A stretch of DNA of 64,000 nucleotides, taken from Podarcis erhardii (Eukaryota). Location: the NCBI GenBank assembly GCA_964252035.1, contig OZ176211.1; one strand, written 5' to 3'. Made by a program: the position numbers and the translations under genes. The notes under the pieces are model-generated. The model was given only the letters and a program-made list of their open reading frames with translations. It did no database searches and was not told where the DNA came from. Below, piece after piece: positions 10,776 through 25,075 of the stretch (positions are counted from its first letter, which is position 1; the number at the start of each line of letters is the position of its first letter).

Positions 10776-13633
10776 AACATGTCATTCAAACCTTCCATGT
10801 GTACAGTTTCTCTCCAAGTGGTGCAAGTAAAGACATGGGCTTTTTAAGTTTGTCCATATGTACAAGTTTCAGCGTTTTAAAGAATGTTACAATTCATCTA
10901 CAGTTGCAGATTTTTTACTACTTTGGAGATCGAAATCTTCAAAATTCTGTAGCCTTGACACGTGTATCAGGTAGCAGTCAATATGAATATATTGCAGAAC
11001 CAGCATCTTAAATTATAATAATTGTTATTTTGGTTCTTAACAAAAAAAAGTGGATTAAAAAAATAGTTTTCAGCCCACTTGCACCTTATTTTATAAGAGA
11101 GAATGTTTAAAAAGCTACATTTCATGACTAGCACTCAATTATCGTGCATAGTGGAGAACACGAGAAATTGTAGTAGAAGATAAAAGGACATCATGCATAA
11201 ATTAGCTATTAATATTTTGTAAAAAAATACTTGCTTTTCGCATGCAACAAAACCGTGCCTTAGTGCAGGGTAGACTTTCACATGGAGAAGGGCTGAAGTC
11301 CTAGTTTCTCCTAAGCATACAGTTGCAGGGTTATGTGCATGTACCTGCAATCTGCTGTGCACAAGTTGCTATCCATGAAACACTTGACAACTTTTTCATT
11401 TTCTCTTATGTGGGCTTATGCACAATCATCAGCTACATTCCACTGTTTTCTAGACTGTGTAAAAAGTACGGGGCTAGAAGGTTGGAGAGATGGAACAGAT
11501 CTGTGCCCATAGTACAGGTTGCGTCTTGAACAAAAGTCCACACTGATGAAAGGGATGGCATAGAAGGCCTTTCTGGCAGTTGTGCTGCCTTTTAAAGGTG
11601 CACAGTTAGTGCTTTGAAAACCAGAGAAGCCCAGTGAACAGTCATGAAATAGTGTGGGGGGGGGGAGGCTGTACACTGTACCAAAACAGCTGCTGGTCCT
11701 CATTTTAATAGTTGCATGTTTCTTTCATATGTAGCTTTAAAAATAAAGTATGTGGGTAGCATTTTTCCTCCTCATAATAGGTGTTGAGAAAATAGAATTT
11801 GAAGTTATTTATATGGCAAATGAGTAGAGGACTGAGGTAGTACTTGAGGTGGGGACGGAGATCTTCAAAGCTCTCAAATTTCAATTTTACAGTCATAATT
11901 TGCTAAAATCAAATGAGTTGATGCAATTTTTTTTTCTAGCTCATCGCTATGTTCGTTGAAAAGCCAGCCAGCAACTTGAGTTATAGCATTCCTAAATCTG
12001 AAAATTCAAATTTTCCACCTGCTTGTTAAAGCAATTTTGGGTTATGGTCCTTTTGACATGGTTGCTTTTAAAGGGCCTTATTGGCAATACTTTTCAGCCT
12101 CTGACACTTAAATGGGAAGACACTATAGCTCAGTGAAAAAGCACGTCCTTTGCATGTTCAGTCCCTATCATCACCAGCTACAAAGATCAGATAGTGCTGT
12201 GGAATGTGAGCTCCCTTTAACAGAAGAGTGAGTAAGCAAGCTCATGCAACATATTGCATGTTTTGCCAGCTGGGGCAATAGCATTGTTATGGCTGCCTCT
12301 GGGCTGAGTTGCCTTGGTCTTGGTGTTTCTTTCACTGTCTGAAGGAAGCCAGATACTGCAGTGGCCATGCTGCTGCTGTGTTTCCTTCTACTACTGCCAG
12401 TCTGGGTGGAGTCTCTCTCATATGCACCACAACCACAGCTGAGGTCTGTGAATGTGCATCTGTCAGAAGAAAAGAGGAAGCCCAGAGAAGGTGATGATAA
12501 GAACCTTGCCCGGAGGCAACTTTTATGCCCCATTTTCAATCAGGGCAAGTGTTTTATTACAAGCTTGCTCTGTGCATAGTCAAAAATTTCCAAGCACTTT
12601 CTAAATATTAAATACAAGTAAGGGTGAGAGAATCCACTCTGCTGCGAAAGGAATTATTGTGCCTGCAGATGAACATGTTAGTCCATTGTTGGGTCTGTGA
12701 AACCACTGAAATGTTAGAATCTCTTATATGTGTCTTTAGAAATGTCTCCAATTCTTCTGCACGATTAACATTTTAAATATATTACCCATTTACCATTTAA
12801 CACAAATGACAAGTGGTGTAACCCATAGTATTACAGTATAGATAATCAGATGTTAGTTTGATATCAAAAAGCTCAATGTAATCTGATGAGTGGTACTGAG
12901 TGAAAAGGTTTTGCTTTAGGGATAGCTCTGAATAAGATATCTTACTTCCAGTTCTCCATTTTCTAAGTCAAAACTGCAAATCTGACTTCTCATTCCCACA
13001 GGCTGACGTTTTGGCAAATTTTACTACAATATCTACTCCTTGTCCTTTTCCTTGAGCTAAATATTTATTTTCTTTATTTGTCTGGGAATCTGTATTTTGC
13101 AGTTGCACTAAAGCACTTCACTTGTGCACTTCTAAACAAGTGCTTCCTTTGTTTTGAAGCTTTTCACATCTGCTTCTGTTCATGTGGTTCAACTTGCCTT
13201 TGCAAGCCACATTTTCAATATAGCAGATGCAGTGTAAAGAAAAGTGGGGGATGTGGCAGGAGCACAGCTTGCAAGTTGCCAATATTACATGGTCTGTGTT
13301 ATTGCTGTTTATAAGTTTTTAATTTAGTTCATGTTCTAAGCATGCATTTGTGACTTCAGTATGCAGTAATGAAATGTGCATTTATCTAAAACAGTGCTCC
13401 GTGGTGAAAATGTTATTAGCAACATATGAAGGAAATTCTCTTGCATGTTGTTTGTAGAGAGCTATTGTCGTGCCTAGAAATGACTAGTTGTCTGAGCTGT
13501 GAACCAGGAAGTCTTCTGGTTCAAATGTTACCTCTGCCACAAACTCACTTCGGCAGACTAAATTGCTTCTCACCCAGTAACATCATCCATCATTAATAAA
13601 GGATATTAATCCTATTTTAGGGCTGATCTAAGG

Positions 13634-14044
13634 CAGAGGTCCCCAATCCTTTACTCCTATGAACACATTTGGATTTTTGAGCAAGGATTGTGAGGCACCA
13701 CCCGCTCTGGTCACTTCTCACCCCCACCTCCAAGAGTGAGAAAAATATAAAGTGCATGTACACAGACTTCACTTTTTCAAGGGATCCGAGCAAAAACCGG
13801 ATCCAGTAGCATTAATCTGAGCCTTAAAAAGCACATAGACTTGAAAGAGGATGTGGGAAAGAGCATTACTCTTCCAGCTTCCTTCTTCAGTTCTGTCTAC
13901 TGTTCAGGGTAGAAAAAGCTAATCACCCTCACCACCTGATGTTGAAGGGGGCAGTGGGGGGGGCAGAGCTCAGAGGCTTTGGGTGTGCCAGGGGCAGACC
14001 TCAAGGGCACCATTGCGCTCATGGGTGCCACATTGGCGACCCTG
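13634..14044. mobile_element. Old hAT (Charlie-type) non-autonomous element
   Basis: Degenerate TIRs cagaggtccccaatc / attggcgaccctg. Flanks ATCTAAGG and CTCTAAGA share 6/8 and fit the NTCTAGAN target preference. Confidence 0.6.
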
Positions 14045-14174
14045 CTCTAAGAAGATACATATGTGAAATATACATATATGCAATATAACTGTTAAATGGT
14101 GTTCTAACATTATAAGATTAAAACAAGAGCAAGTAATGGTGCCATATCATACTTGTTGGTTTTCGTTCGTTTAG

Positions 14175-14270
<96 letters not shown>

Positions 14271-15759
14271 TAACAGTTTGACAAACAGGAGGCCCTCAAG
14301 TCCTCACAGGTTCACTGGGTGTAGTTTGTCCATGGGAGCACATTCATGTTCTTCTCCCTTTTACAAGCTCCCAATTTAAGGGTTTCTTTAATGTGAGTGA
14401 ATGGACAGAATGCATTGGGGAGTCAGTAGAGTTCTCTGTGATAATACTGACATAAAGCTGTACTGCACTGTTTTACGTTATTGTGTGCATTGTTCCAAAG
14501 GTAGATAGATGCGTGATAAGAATCAAATCTGTCCCAGATTCAAAAATGTCCCCGTAGTGATGTTTGAAATATAACTTAGTATCTGTGACTCACATATTCT
14601 TGTCATTATTTGGCCACAATTAACATGAAAGCCAATTAATACATTTGGGTATTATATGTTAAAATTGAAATAATCATATACTGTCTGTACCAGTAATTCT
14701 TATATGCTCAGCTGACACCATAGAAACGGCATACTGCATATTATTGTAGATATTGTTGCTTGTATCCAACGCAGCACTAAGTAAATGCCTCTTCAGTGCA
14801 AGTATTCCAGCTTGCTCAGTTGGACCCCCCTCCTCTGCAAGTCTCTGCTGAAATATGTTAAGAGGAGTAAAACGAACAAAATTAACACAGTGAAGAGCAA
14901 GAATAGGGTGGTGTTAAACACCTATTCACTGGGAACAATGCTAACATTCTTGATGGGTTTAAGGTTCAAACTGAAAATATATTCAAAAGGTGCTAAAAGT
15001 GTGATTGTTGCTTATAGGAGCAAGATCTTCTACATATAATGTCACACATTCTTTACATGGCGAAATAAAATGTGCAGTTTATTTATTTATTTTTATATGA
15101 TGCCTTTTTGTGGCATCAAAGCCTAGTTGATTTTTTTCTGCCACCTGGCTGTTTGTTTTAAGAGTAACTTCAGAAAGCTATTTCAATTTACATATGCAAA
15201 AGAGCAGCAACCAGCAGTTTTTTTCTGAGAAAGGTTGCATTCTAATCAATCCCATCATTATTAGGCTTTTGCATTGGAGGACAGCCCTCAGTTGTGTTTG
15301 GGAGTTCATCACAGACTCTATTAAAATCACTGTTGTAAGTACAGTACACCATTCTGTCTTAGAAGGCATGTTCAGAGCTCTGTAAACAGGTCAGAATTAG
15401 TGTATCTCTTTCCAAGGCAGATGTGTGAATTACAACATTATGTTTTTATGAACATTTAGATATGGTTGTGATTCTCAAATATACCTCTTTACCTTCTCAG
15501 AACAATCATAGAAAGCAACTCTTCACGTTAAGCTAATAGTTAGTATTTGGAAGAGAGCATTCATATCAGGACAACTAGATTCTATGCAAGAAGCAGTAAT
15601 CGTAACCCATGTTTATCTCTGAAGTGTGATATTGTAGTTTTGTAGTTAGTCTTATTTGTATGGCAGGTGCCTTTCCTCCCCCTTTCAGCTAGACTCAAGA
15701 TGTGCGCATTGTCAGTTACACGCCTTCTTTTATTTGATTTTGTCTCCTCTTCCTGCTAG

Positions 15760-15939
<180 letters not shown>

Positions 15940-16555
15940 TGAATTTCTGTCTACAGTTTAAAATGGATTCCATAGTTATGAATTATAAGGACGATTTTAT
16001 ACCAGTTTTAATTCATGCAGGAAAAATTAGTGACAGGTTGTTTAACAAGCCTGGAAAAGTTGGGGAGAAATCTCCTGTTTAAAAATAATAAATTTGCAGC
16101 ATTGAGTTGACCAGAAACAAGGGTTAGGTTTGAATCCTGACATCCAAATTACTCACTAAAAGCAGTCAAGGAGTGCCATTTTCTCAGCAGCAACAACCAT
16201 TTATATTATTTATAGTCACAGTTATTTGACCTTGCTGTCCTCCTGTGGACTTGTGATGTTTTAAAAATGCTAATATATCACCACCTGGTTATTCAGTCCT
16301 GCTGACCAAGGAGGTCCTGTTTATCTTTGCCATTTTACTCCCACTGAAGCAGGATACTTGAACCATCTTATTAGTCACAGCCACCTTACTAGAAACCCTC
16401 GTTTTAAGGATTTAAAAAGTGTTTGCGCACCAAATGACTATATACAGCATTAACAAAGATTCAGCAATATTTTTAACCAGTTGTACCCTTTTTCAGTACT
16501 CATTATTCACATTTATCTGCAATCATTTTTAGAACAGGATATAAAACCTCCTGTG

Positions 16556-16851
16556 CAGTGGTTCCCAAACATCCCCCTCCCCCATGGACCACTTGAAAAT
16601 TGCTGGGGGTGGGTCTCAGCAGTCCACTTCAGTATTTCTCTTCAGCACAGGCCCTAGGGCCTTGTTAACTAGTTCAGTAATCTGCTGCTGGTCAAAATGC
16701 CCTTATTTTCCATTGTCTGGGGGTGGGGGGAGGTAATTAACTGCAGGGTCAAGTACAGATAGTCTTGACTGGTGCACAACCATTCTGCAGACCACCTGAA
16801 TGGAGCTCACAGACCACCAGTAATCAGTGAACCACAGTTTGAGAACCTTTG
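16556..16851. mobile_element. Old hAT (Charlie-type) MITE
   Basis: TIR-like ends cagtggttcccaaac / gtttgagaacctttg. TSD eroded. Confidence 0.55.
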
Positions 16852-17203
16852 CTCTAACAAAGACTCCTGATAAGAGGTCTGTGTTTATTCAGCCCTTTCG
16901 GATGTGGGGTGAAAAATACCCATTACTACCATACACTCCCATACCTTTGGTGCGGTGGCTGCACATTTGACTGTTAGCACATACTGCTGGATATGTTTAA
17001 TGTGTTTGGTTTTCTGATGTCATGGATGTCACAGTGTTCCTTGCAAGTATTATGTCCTTTTTCTTGATCCAGTACACTGATCACTTTGATAAGCATAGTA
17101 CTGAGCAGGTAAAGCTCTATAAGAGTAGGGACGTAATCTTTTCTTCCTTTTCATCAGAAATCTAAGATGCATAGCTCTTTAATATTTCTCTACCTTCAGA
17201 TGA

Positions 17204-17443
<240 letters not shown>

Positions 17444-19090
17444 TGATGCTAAGCATGGTTACTTTTAAGCTGCATAATATAGAAACTGAATGTAGAAATG
17501 TGTGAATCTGTGCAAAATGACTGAACTAATCTCTGAGAGCATAAATACTCTGCATGTATTCATATAAGCAACTAATATAGTTAGTTTCAGTTTTACAAAG
17601 AACCTGGTAGTGTAAGGTGACAAAAAAACACTAAATATATACTACTGCATTTAACTACTACGATGATGGTGGTGGTAAAGTAATCCAGGCATCTTGTGTG
17701 ATTGGTATTTTTAGAGGTTAGTAATTCGAATAAAACAGTGCAAGAACTGATCTTAAAACACTCAGAATGGTTACAATTTTAACTAGGCTGAAATCTCCTA
17801 AATACTGCTTTTTACACCATTTCCCCACAATTTATATTACAGTGTCATTGTCACTGTGGCAATAATACCTCCCAAAATTAAAGTGAAAAATAAAATGGAC
17901 ATACTTGTCCTCTTAACAATTTATTGCTGGCTGTTCAAGGTTTAGGTCTCTGAGCTCCTGAGCCCTTATGCTCTGATCAAGCAGTACAATGAGGAGGAGC
18001 TATGTTGATTTCATTAGGACTCCTCAAAGTTTTAAGTGATTTGCTGGATTTTTGCCAGGGCTTCTGATGAGAGGCAATACTGAGCTGAAAAGAATCCCCT
18101 TTCCAAAGTTACAACTAGATCCAATATTTCTCTTCTTATCTCCAGAATTAAAACAGAGAAGTCACAACTGAAGAAACTATATTTTAGAAAAGTATACACA
18201 TTTAGAGGTGGGGGAGTGTAGGCGAGAGTTCATACGTCAATATATTCAGTACTCCATATATGCAAATAATTTCTGTGTTGGATGAAGGCTACTGCCAAGA
18301 CAGGGCTTACATGTACTATATTGCCTTATATTTCTTCATCAACTACTATATTGCATAATGTGCTTTTTAGACACTTGAAAATATGCCTGCTGAATAATTG
18401 GCACTTAGTATAATTTGATCTGCCCAATAACAGCAATTCATGCCTCATTTTAGGTCATAGGCTTTAATAAGCTCAAAGCTTCGTGTCCCATGCTCTCATG
18501 AGAGTTACTGAGAGATCATTAGCTATTGCTGACATCACAGTATGCTCTCTTCACAGGCATAATTGTTATTCCATTAGTAAGCATCCAGCAGAATGCAGAA
18601 AAGTCTTGCAGAAAATGCTGAACGGCACAGGTGCTTTTATATAACTTTCTGGGATTTTGTTACCCTAAATTGAAAGGAGGTTATGAAGTAACTTATATTT
18701 TAAGTAGGACAGCAAGCCACAGAATTGCAAAGTAGTTAGTTTCATAGGCTTACAGTTTTTTAAATTTTGGTTCTGTTGCTTTTGTTACGCATTATGATTG
18801 AGACAAAGATAGGCATATATGTACAAATATATAAATGTCTGTTGGAGACACAAACACAGCAAACCATGACATTAGTTAACTCAGACCTTTTCTTCTAGCA
18901 TGCCCTCATAGGTGGCTTGGCTTTGTGTCAGTTGGCCAGCTTGGCAGAAGACATCAACACTACCTCTGGGATGTATGAAACTTTCCCTGGTACAGCACAC
19001 TGGTGCCAGCTGGTGCTGATGGAGGAAATGAAAATGAGAGAGCTGCTGCAGCTCCTTTATGTTTGAGCTTTTAAATATTTTGTTTAAAAA

Positions 19091-19565
19091 ATAATTATTT
19101 ATTAAATTTGTACACCGCCCTTCATCAGTAGATCCCAGGGTGGTTCACAGCATAAAAATGTAAGATAAGATACAAAATACATAATAAAAACAACAACAAA
19201 CCAAACCATTGACCTCCCCCCTGCCCAAACACATTTAAAAGGACATAGACTGTTAATAAGCCAAAGGCCTCGTTGAAGAGGAGCTTTTTCGTCTGGCACC
19301 TACAGGTGTATAATGAAGGCGCCAGGCAAACCTCCCTGGGGAGAGCATTCCATAAGCAGGGAGCCACTGCAGAAAAGGCCTGTTCTTGTGTTGCTACACT
19401 CCAAATCTCTCATAGAGGAGGCACATGATTCTAAAAGCACCTTTTAGAACCATTAGATCGGAAAGCCCCCTGAAGCAAATGGTTTGGGGTGGCATGTTGC
19501 TACCACCCTTCTGGCATGTCTGCTCCTGCAGTTTGTGTGCGCTTAGAGGATCAGGCTTTAAGTGT
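19091..19565 (-). mobile_element. L2-clade LINE 3' fragment
   Basis: The minus strand reads APCLWNALPREVCLAPSLYTCRCQTKKLLFNEAF (L2 ORF2 C-terminus), then an L2 tail ending AATAAATAAT. Confidence 0.8.
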
Positions 19566-19580
19566 TACAAATGGAAAGCC

Positions 19581-19749
19581 CAGTGGCGTAGCGTGGGTTG
19601 TCAGCACCCGGGGCAAGGCAAGTAATTTGCGCCCCCTAACCCATGGATTTGCGCCCCCTAACCCGTGGATTTGCGCCGCCTAACCCTAACCCCCAGATGT
19701 TGCGCCCGGTGCGGCCGGCCCCCCCTGCACCCCCCACGCTACGCCACTG
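19581..19749. mobile_element. Young hAT MITE with internal 22-bp repeats containing TAACCC
   Basis: Perfect 17-bp TIRs CAGTGGCGTAGCGTGGG. Perfect 8-bp TSD GGAAAGCC (19573-19580, 19750-19757). 14 CpGs in 169 bp. Confidence 0.93.
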
Positions 19750-20780
19750 GGAAAGCCTTCCTGAAACATTGCTTATTTGACAGCAAGACAAAGCTATTTT
19801 TATACATTTGTTGATGCCATTTAAAAGCTTTTGAGGGAAAAGTACTTAATGGAAAAACTTCAGTCTTTGTTTCTAAATCAGCCAAAAATGAAATGCCTTG
19901 AAGAATTGGAAAGCCCAGATAAAAAAATGAAGTGAAAATAGTGTTCTGTAACGCTAGAGTAATTTCTCAAACACTTACAGGATGTTGAACAAGAAGGCAT
20001 TACCTAAGCTAAATCTTACTTTCTGGAACTTAAGCCTTTTGTGTTTCTCTCAAAGGGAGTGCACATCAGTGTATTAGAATTTTCTTCATTACAGCTTTCT
20101 AGGAAAGCAAAAATTGCTGTGATCTTAAGGCAGAGTCAGTATTTTTGCATCACTCTTCTCTTTTGTCAGTATTTTCTTTGAAGTGTGATGCCTCTAACTT
20201 TGCAAATCACAATTTAATCTGTGTACTTCTTTTTAATCAACTTATTTACTGTGTTTGAAAGAATTACTTGCTATGTTAATCAAGGCTGATGAGATGGTAG
20301 CTGAACAGTGGTATGAATAGGCTGTCAGTAATTCACTTCTAATGAATGACATGTCTATGGTGAGACCATCATACAGTTTGATATTTCTTTTTAGAAAGAT
20401 TCCCAGTGAAAATGTAAGTTGTAAGGGAAAAAAGACTGCATAACTGTTTTGTAGAAAGCATGGAAGAGCTTCACTGCTTTCTTTCAACACTTTCTACCCT
20501 GAAAGCAATAATAAACTCTCCTTAAGAAAAGAGAAACTAGTTCATGGAAAAAATAAAGTCTGAGTTGACCCCTTAAATTACTGTTGCCTGCCCTTTATGA
20601 CAAGATCCCAGGGGACTGTGCTTTAAAATTAGTGTTTGTGGGTTTTTTCCTCTCTTGATGTTGTTGGGGGGGGGAGAATTTTAATTGTCTTTAATTGTAA
20701 TAGGGATAGTCCTAAGCTGTGTGACATTTCCTGTCTCTTTTGAAATTGCAAAATGTCTTGTTCTTGTTTCCTTTAATATA

Positions 20781-20966
20781 AAAATGTAAAGGGACCCCTG
20801 GCCGTTAGGTCCAGTCACGTTCCTATTTATCTACTTGCACTTTGACGTGCTTTCGAACTGCTAGGTTGGCAGGAGCAGGGACTGAGCAACAGGGATTCAA
20901 ACCGCTGACCTTCTGATCGGCAAGCCCTAGGCTCTGTGGTTTAGACGACAGCGCCACCCACGTCCC
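20781..20966 (-). mobile_element. Sauria SINE with both ends but internal deletions
   Basis: 5' end GGGACG at 20966-20961 and 3' end ...ggggtccctttac. TSD TTTAATATA at 20772-20780 and 20967-20975. About 150 nt present in the 9960 copy are missing. Confidence 0.9.
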
Positions 20967-21174
20967 TTTAATATAGTTACTATTAAATAATGCCAAACCA
21001 TTTGTTTAGTAAGTATAAATATCAGCATGTGGCCTAATGGCTGAAGTGTATCTAGCCTTGATGTTTATTTAAGGATATAGCTGCACGTTCAAGTGACTAG
21101 AATTTTCATGCAGTCTCTTGCACTAAATGAGTTGATGAACAGCATGCCATTGTGTCACTTGCCTCCTTTTGTAA

Positions 21175-21543
<369 letters not shown>

Positions 21544-23200
21544 TAATTGGTTCATGGCTTGCTTTTGTTCTGCTGTACTGTCATTGTGCTTAAATCAGAT
21601 TTTTGATTTCATTTTATTTTGTCGTGTTGGTGTGAACTGAAGACTGCTCATAATTGTTTTTGCTTGTTTACATTTGTTTTCCCTTTTGTTTGTGCAGTTT
21701 CACAAACATCTTCCATAAATGTCAGAAGGACACAGCAAATGAGCTTAACTCTTTATGAAAGCTATAGTATGAAAAGTTAAGAAAAAGCATGAAGTGAATA
21801 TTTTATAAAATAGTGTGAGAATTATTGGTGAAATAAGTGAATCCAGAGTTTGTGGTTGCGGTATCACTTTTATTGGTCATTTAAAGGGTAAATTAGGAAG
21901 ACAATAATATATTTGAGTCTAGTGTACAAAATACTATGGCAACAGAATGCCTTGTGGGAATGAAATCAATGCTGGTCATGTTTCACTGTGTGTATTTAAC
22001 AGAGTAATCCTATGCATGTCTACTCAAAGTAAGCCCCACTGAGTCCAGTAGGAATTGATTCCTAGAAAAGTGAATATAGGATTTTGCAGCCTTAAAAGCC
22101 TGGCAACGTTCTCAGTTTTTGGCAAAGTCAATGGTTTTTTGAATTTTGCAATTCTACTCAAGCATAAGGGTTGGTGGTGAACCCAGAATTCAGCATGATT
22201 AGATTCTTGGTTTTCGGTCTCCTTTTTTTTAGATCTACAGTTTTAGCCCTTAGTGGCTGCAAACAGAAGCTTAGAAGTGTATGGCCAATGCTTGGTGACA
22301 GTGCAGAAATCACAAGGAGTGGGGAGTGGTTTCAGTTTTCTGCAAAACTGCTTGGTTCACTTTATAACTATCAGGAGTAGAACAGATTATGCACAATCTG
22401 CAAATACATGTGTCTGTTTATCTTATATACCCCTTTTCCTCCATGGAGCTGAAGGACACGTGGGACATTTCCAACTGGTTTTCCATCTGCACACTGACCA
22501 GGCTCCTGGCTGCTTAGTCTCAGCAAAGTTGATGTGCTTTCAGACCATGCCTTGGGATCATTATTTTGCTTGGTTTGTGGAATGAATGTAGGTTGTAGGA
22601 TTGAATACATGCATGTATTTTTAACACTAGGTGTAGGCCTCCTGGTCAACGTGAGCTGTTTTAAATTAAGAATAAAATAATGAAGTCTCTCGGTTTACAA
22701 ATTTTTAAAACAGCAGAAGGGGAGTTCTCCATTTAAGTATTGTACAAAAACAAAAAACGCCTTGTATCTTCCATCCTTTTCCCAATTATTTTTAGAGTGC
22801 TCCAGCTCTTTCTTCTTTTGTTTTCCATCTTTCATGCTAATTTCTGTTTCTGTTTTCTTATTGTTAGTGGCCACATCCTACCTTTATTTTTTCATATTTG
22901 TGCACATCATTTACAATTAAAGCATTTCCTCACATGCCTCATGTTTTTCTTTCTTTAACTTTCTTTCCCCTCTGTAGCCCTGCCTGATAATCTCCCCATC
23001 CATTTTCTCTCTTTCATGAGGATTACAATGCATGGACACTTCCTCAACCCCCACATGTGATTTTGCTGTCTTGGCTCTAGTTTCTTTACTCAGTTGGAGC
23101 CAGACACAATATTTTTCCATGAAGGGACAAGACATTCTTGAAATGGGAGAAAGAAAGAAAAAAAGAACAAAGCCTAGGGATTGTGACTTACACAAGGTGT

Positions 23201-23293
23201 CCTCCAGATGTTGGAACTACAATTCCCATTATCCATGGCCATTGACTGTTAGTTGGAGCTGATGGGAGTTGAAGTCCAAAAACATATGGAGGA
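23201..23293. repeat. Degenerate copy of a dispersed palindromic MITE-like family
   Basis: ccagatgttggaactacaattcccat...gatgggagttgaagtccaaaaacat. Related copies at ~8103-8211, ~23820-23890, ~58785-58870 and ~59614-59710. The core is shared with the intact element at 50228. Confidence 0.65.
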
Positions 23294-24534
23294 GAGATTT
23301 ATAGCCTGGCCTGCCTTTTGGATATATGCTTCATGGTAAACTAAGTAAAGATCATGATCTCACTTTGATTAAAAAAAAAAAAAATCTATCCCACCCTTCA
23401 TCATGAGCAATCAATGCTAGGTGCAATAAAATAATGTAAAACTACCAGACATTCACAAATACTCATACAATAAAACAAGGACAGATAAAAAACAAATCAA
23501 TAGATAAACCGTCTATAATATATAGCTATCTACATCTAAGCACCCAGTCTAGACACTAACAACCAGTAAATTTTTGGATCGTCAACCATCCTTTCAACTG
23601 GTATTCAAAGGAAACAAGCAAACAAACAAACCTTAGAAGGGAAAGCATTCTAATTATGATAATAAAATAAAAGGAATTATATGATTCTGCAGTTCACAAC
23701 ACATTATAATTAATGAAGAAGAAAGGCACAGCAGTCCTAATACTTAGCAGCAAAAAGTAAAGTCCATTAATGTCACTTTCACATACTAGAAATTGGGTTA
23801 GCCAACGAGGTATCCTCTCTACGTTTTGGACTACAGCTCCCATCAGCCTCAGCCAGCATGGCCAGTGATCAGGGATGATGGCAATTGTAATAAAAAGAAA
23901 TGTGGAGGGCACCATGCTGTCTACCACTATATTAGCTCTTTGCCACCACAGATCTTACATACCCCAGCCGATGTTGCCCTTTGTATAGCTAAAACTCAAG
24001 CATTCAGCCCACCAAACCCAGAGGTACTAGGCTAAATCACCTCTAGAAAATTCTGGTAGGTTTCCTTAGTTTCATGCTCACAGACCTCATTCAAATGCTT
24101 GTTGAATGATTAACATTTGTTAGTTGGGGAAAAAAAATAATATTCTGCAGAACTTTAAGTCCATGTCTGTGCATTTTGCCTGTAGCCATTAAGATATGTT
24201 TCAGCAATGTCAGCATTTGGTTTTACAGAGAGGGCTTCTCTTACTTAATGACGTCTGAAATGGTGAACACAGATAAGAGTTCTTTTGGAGTTGATGTGAT
24301 AAGTGCATTTGATTGAAGGTCACAGTTCTTCATGGTATCTACACCTGCACAGATCCAGCTTTGGGAATGCTCTAGAGCAGAATGCCTGAAAATTAGCATT
24401 CACATCTACTCTTCCTAAAAGAGAGAGAGAAAGAGAAGTCTTGAAGGATTCACAAAACTCTTTTCGGTAGGCAGAGCTGCCACAATTTTCATTATCTTGG
24501 GTTATCTGATAATGGCTGATTGCATCAACAGTTT

Positions 24535-25075
24535 TAAGAACATATGAAGAGCAGTGTTGGATCAGAACAGAAGCCTGTCTAGTCCAGTCTGCTATTTCCC
24601 ACAGCAGCCTACCAGATACCTATGGGTAGCCCATAAACACCACATTAACACAATAGCACACCCCTGTTTGTTCCATAGCAACTGGTATTCAGAGGCATGG
24701 TGTTTCTGTTCTTGGAGGTAGCATATAGTCATCATAACTAGTGGCCATCACCTTACCCTCCATGCATTTGTCTCATCCCCTTTTAAAGCTGCATGTCGGT
24801 GGCTATCTCCACAACTCGCAGTAGCAAATTCCATGGTTCAACTGTGTTAGGTGAAAAAATACTTCTCTTTGTCCTGATAACGGAAAAGCAGTAACATTTC
24901 CTCGTATAGAACTGACTCTTGACAATTTTTGTTACCCTTTCCCTCTCTCTCCAATGTCCTTTCTGAAGTGTGATGACCAGAATTGTGTAATAATAATAAA
25001 TAAAAATAAAAATACACCATGAACTCAAGATCCTTTTCCTGGCCAGTCACCACCAGCTCAAACTGCATCAGGATG
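24535..25075 (-). mobile_element. CR1-clade LINE 3' fragment
   Basis: The minus strand reads ...FSPNTVEPWNLL..VVEIATDMQL (ORF2 end), with the same long 3'UTR as the 39905 copy. Confidence 0.7.

Noticed and set aside
13111-13159. miR-302/430-like string CAAGTGCTTCCTTTGTTTTG with upstream AAGCACTT
   Set aside because: Only 7-8 bp of pairing is possible, not the ~30-bp stem a pre-miRNA needs. It is better explained by a local CACTT duplication.
23032-23262. 76-aa ORF with a hydrophobic patch and basic cluster
   Set aside because: Its 3' end is made of a repeat element, and there is no homology or transcript-like context.
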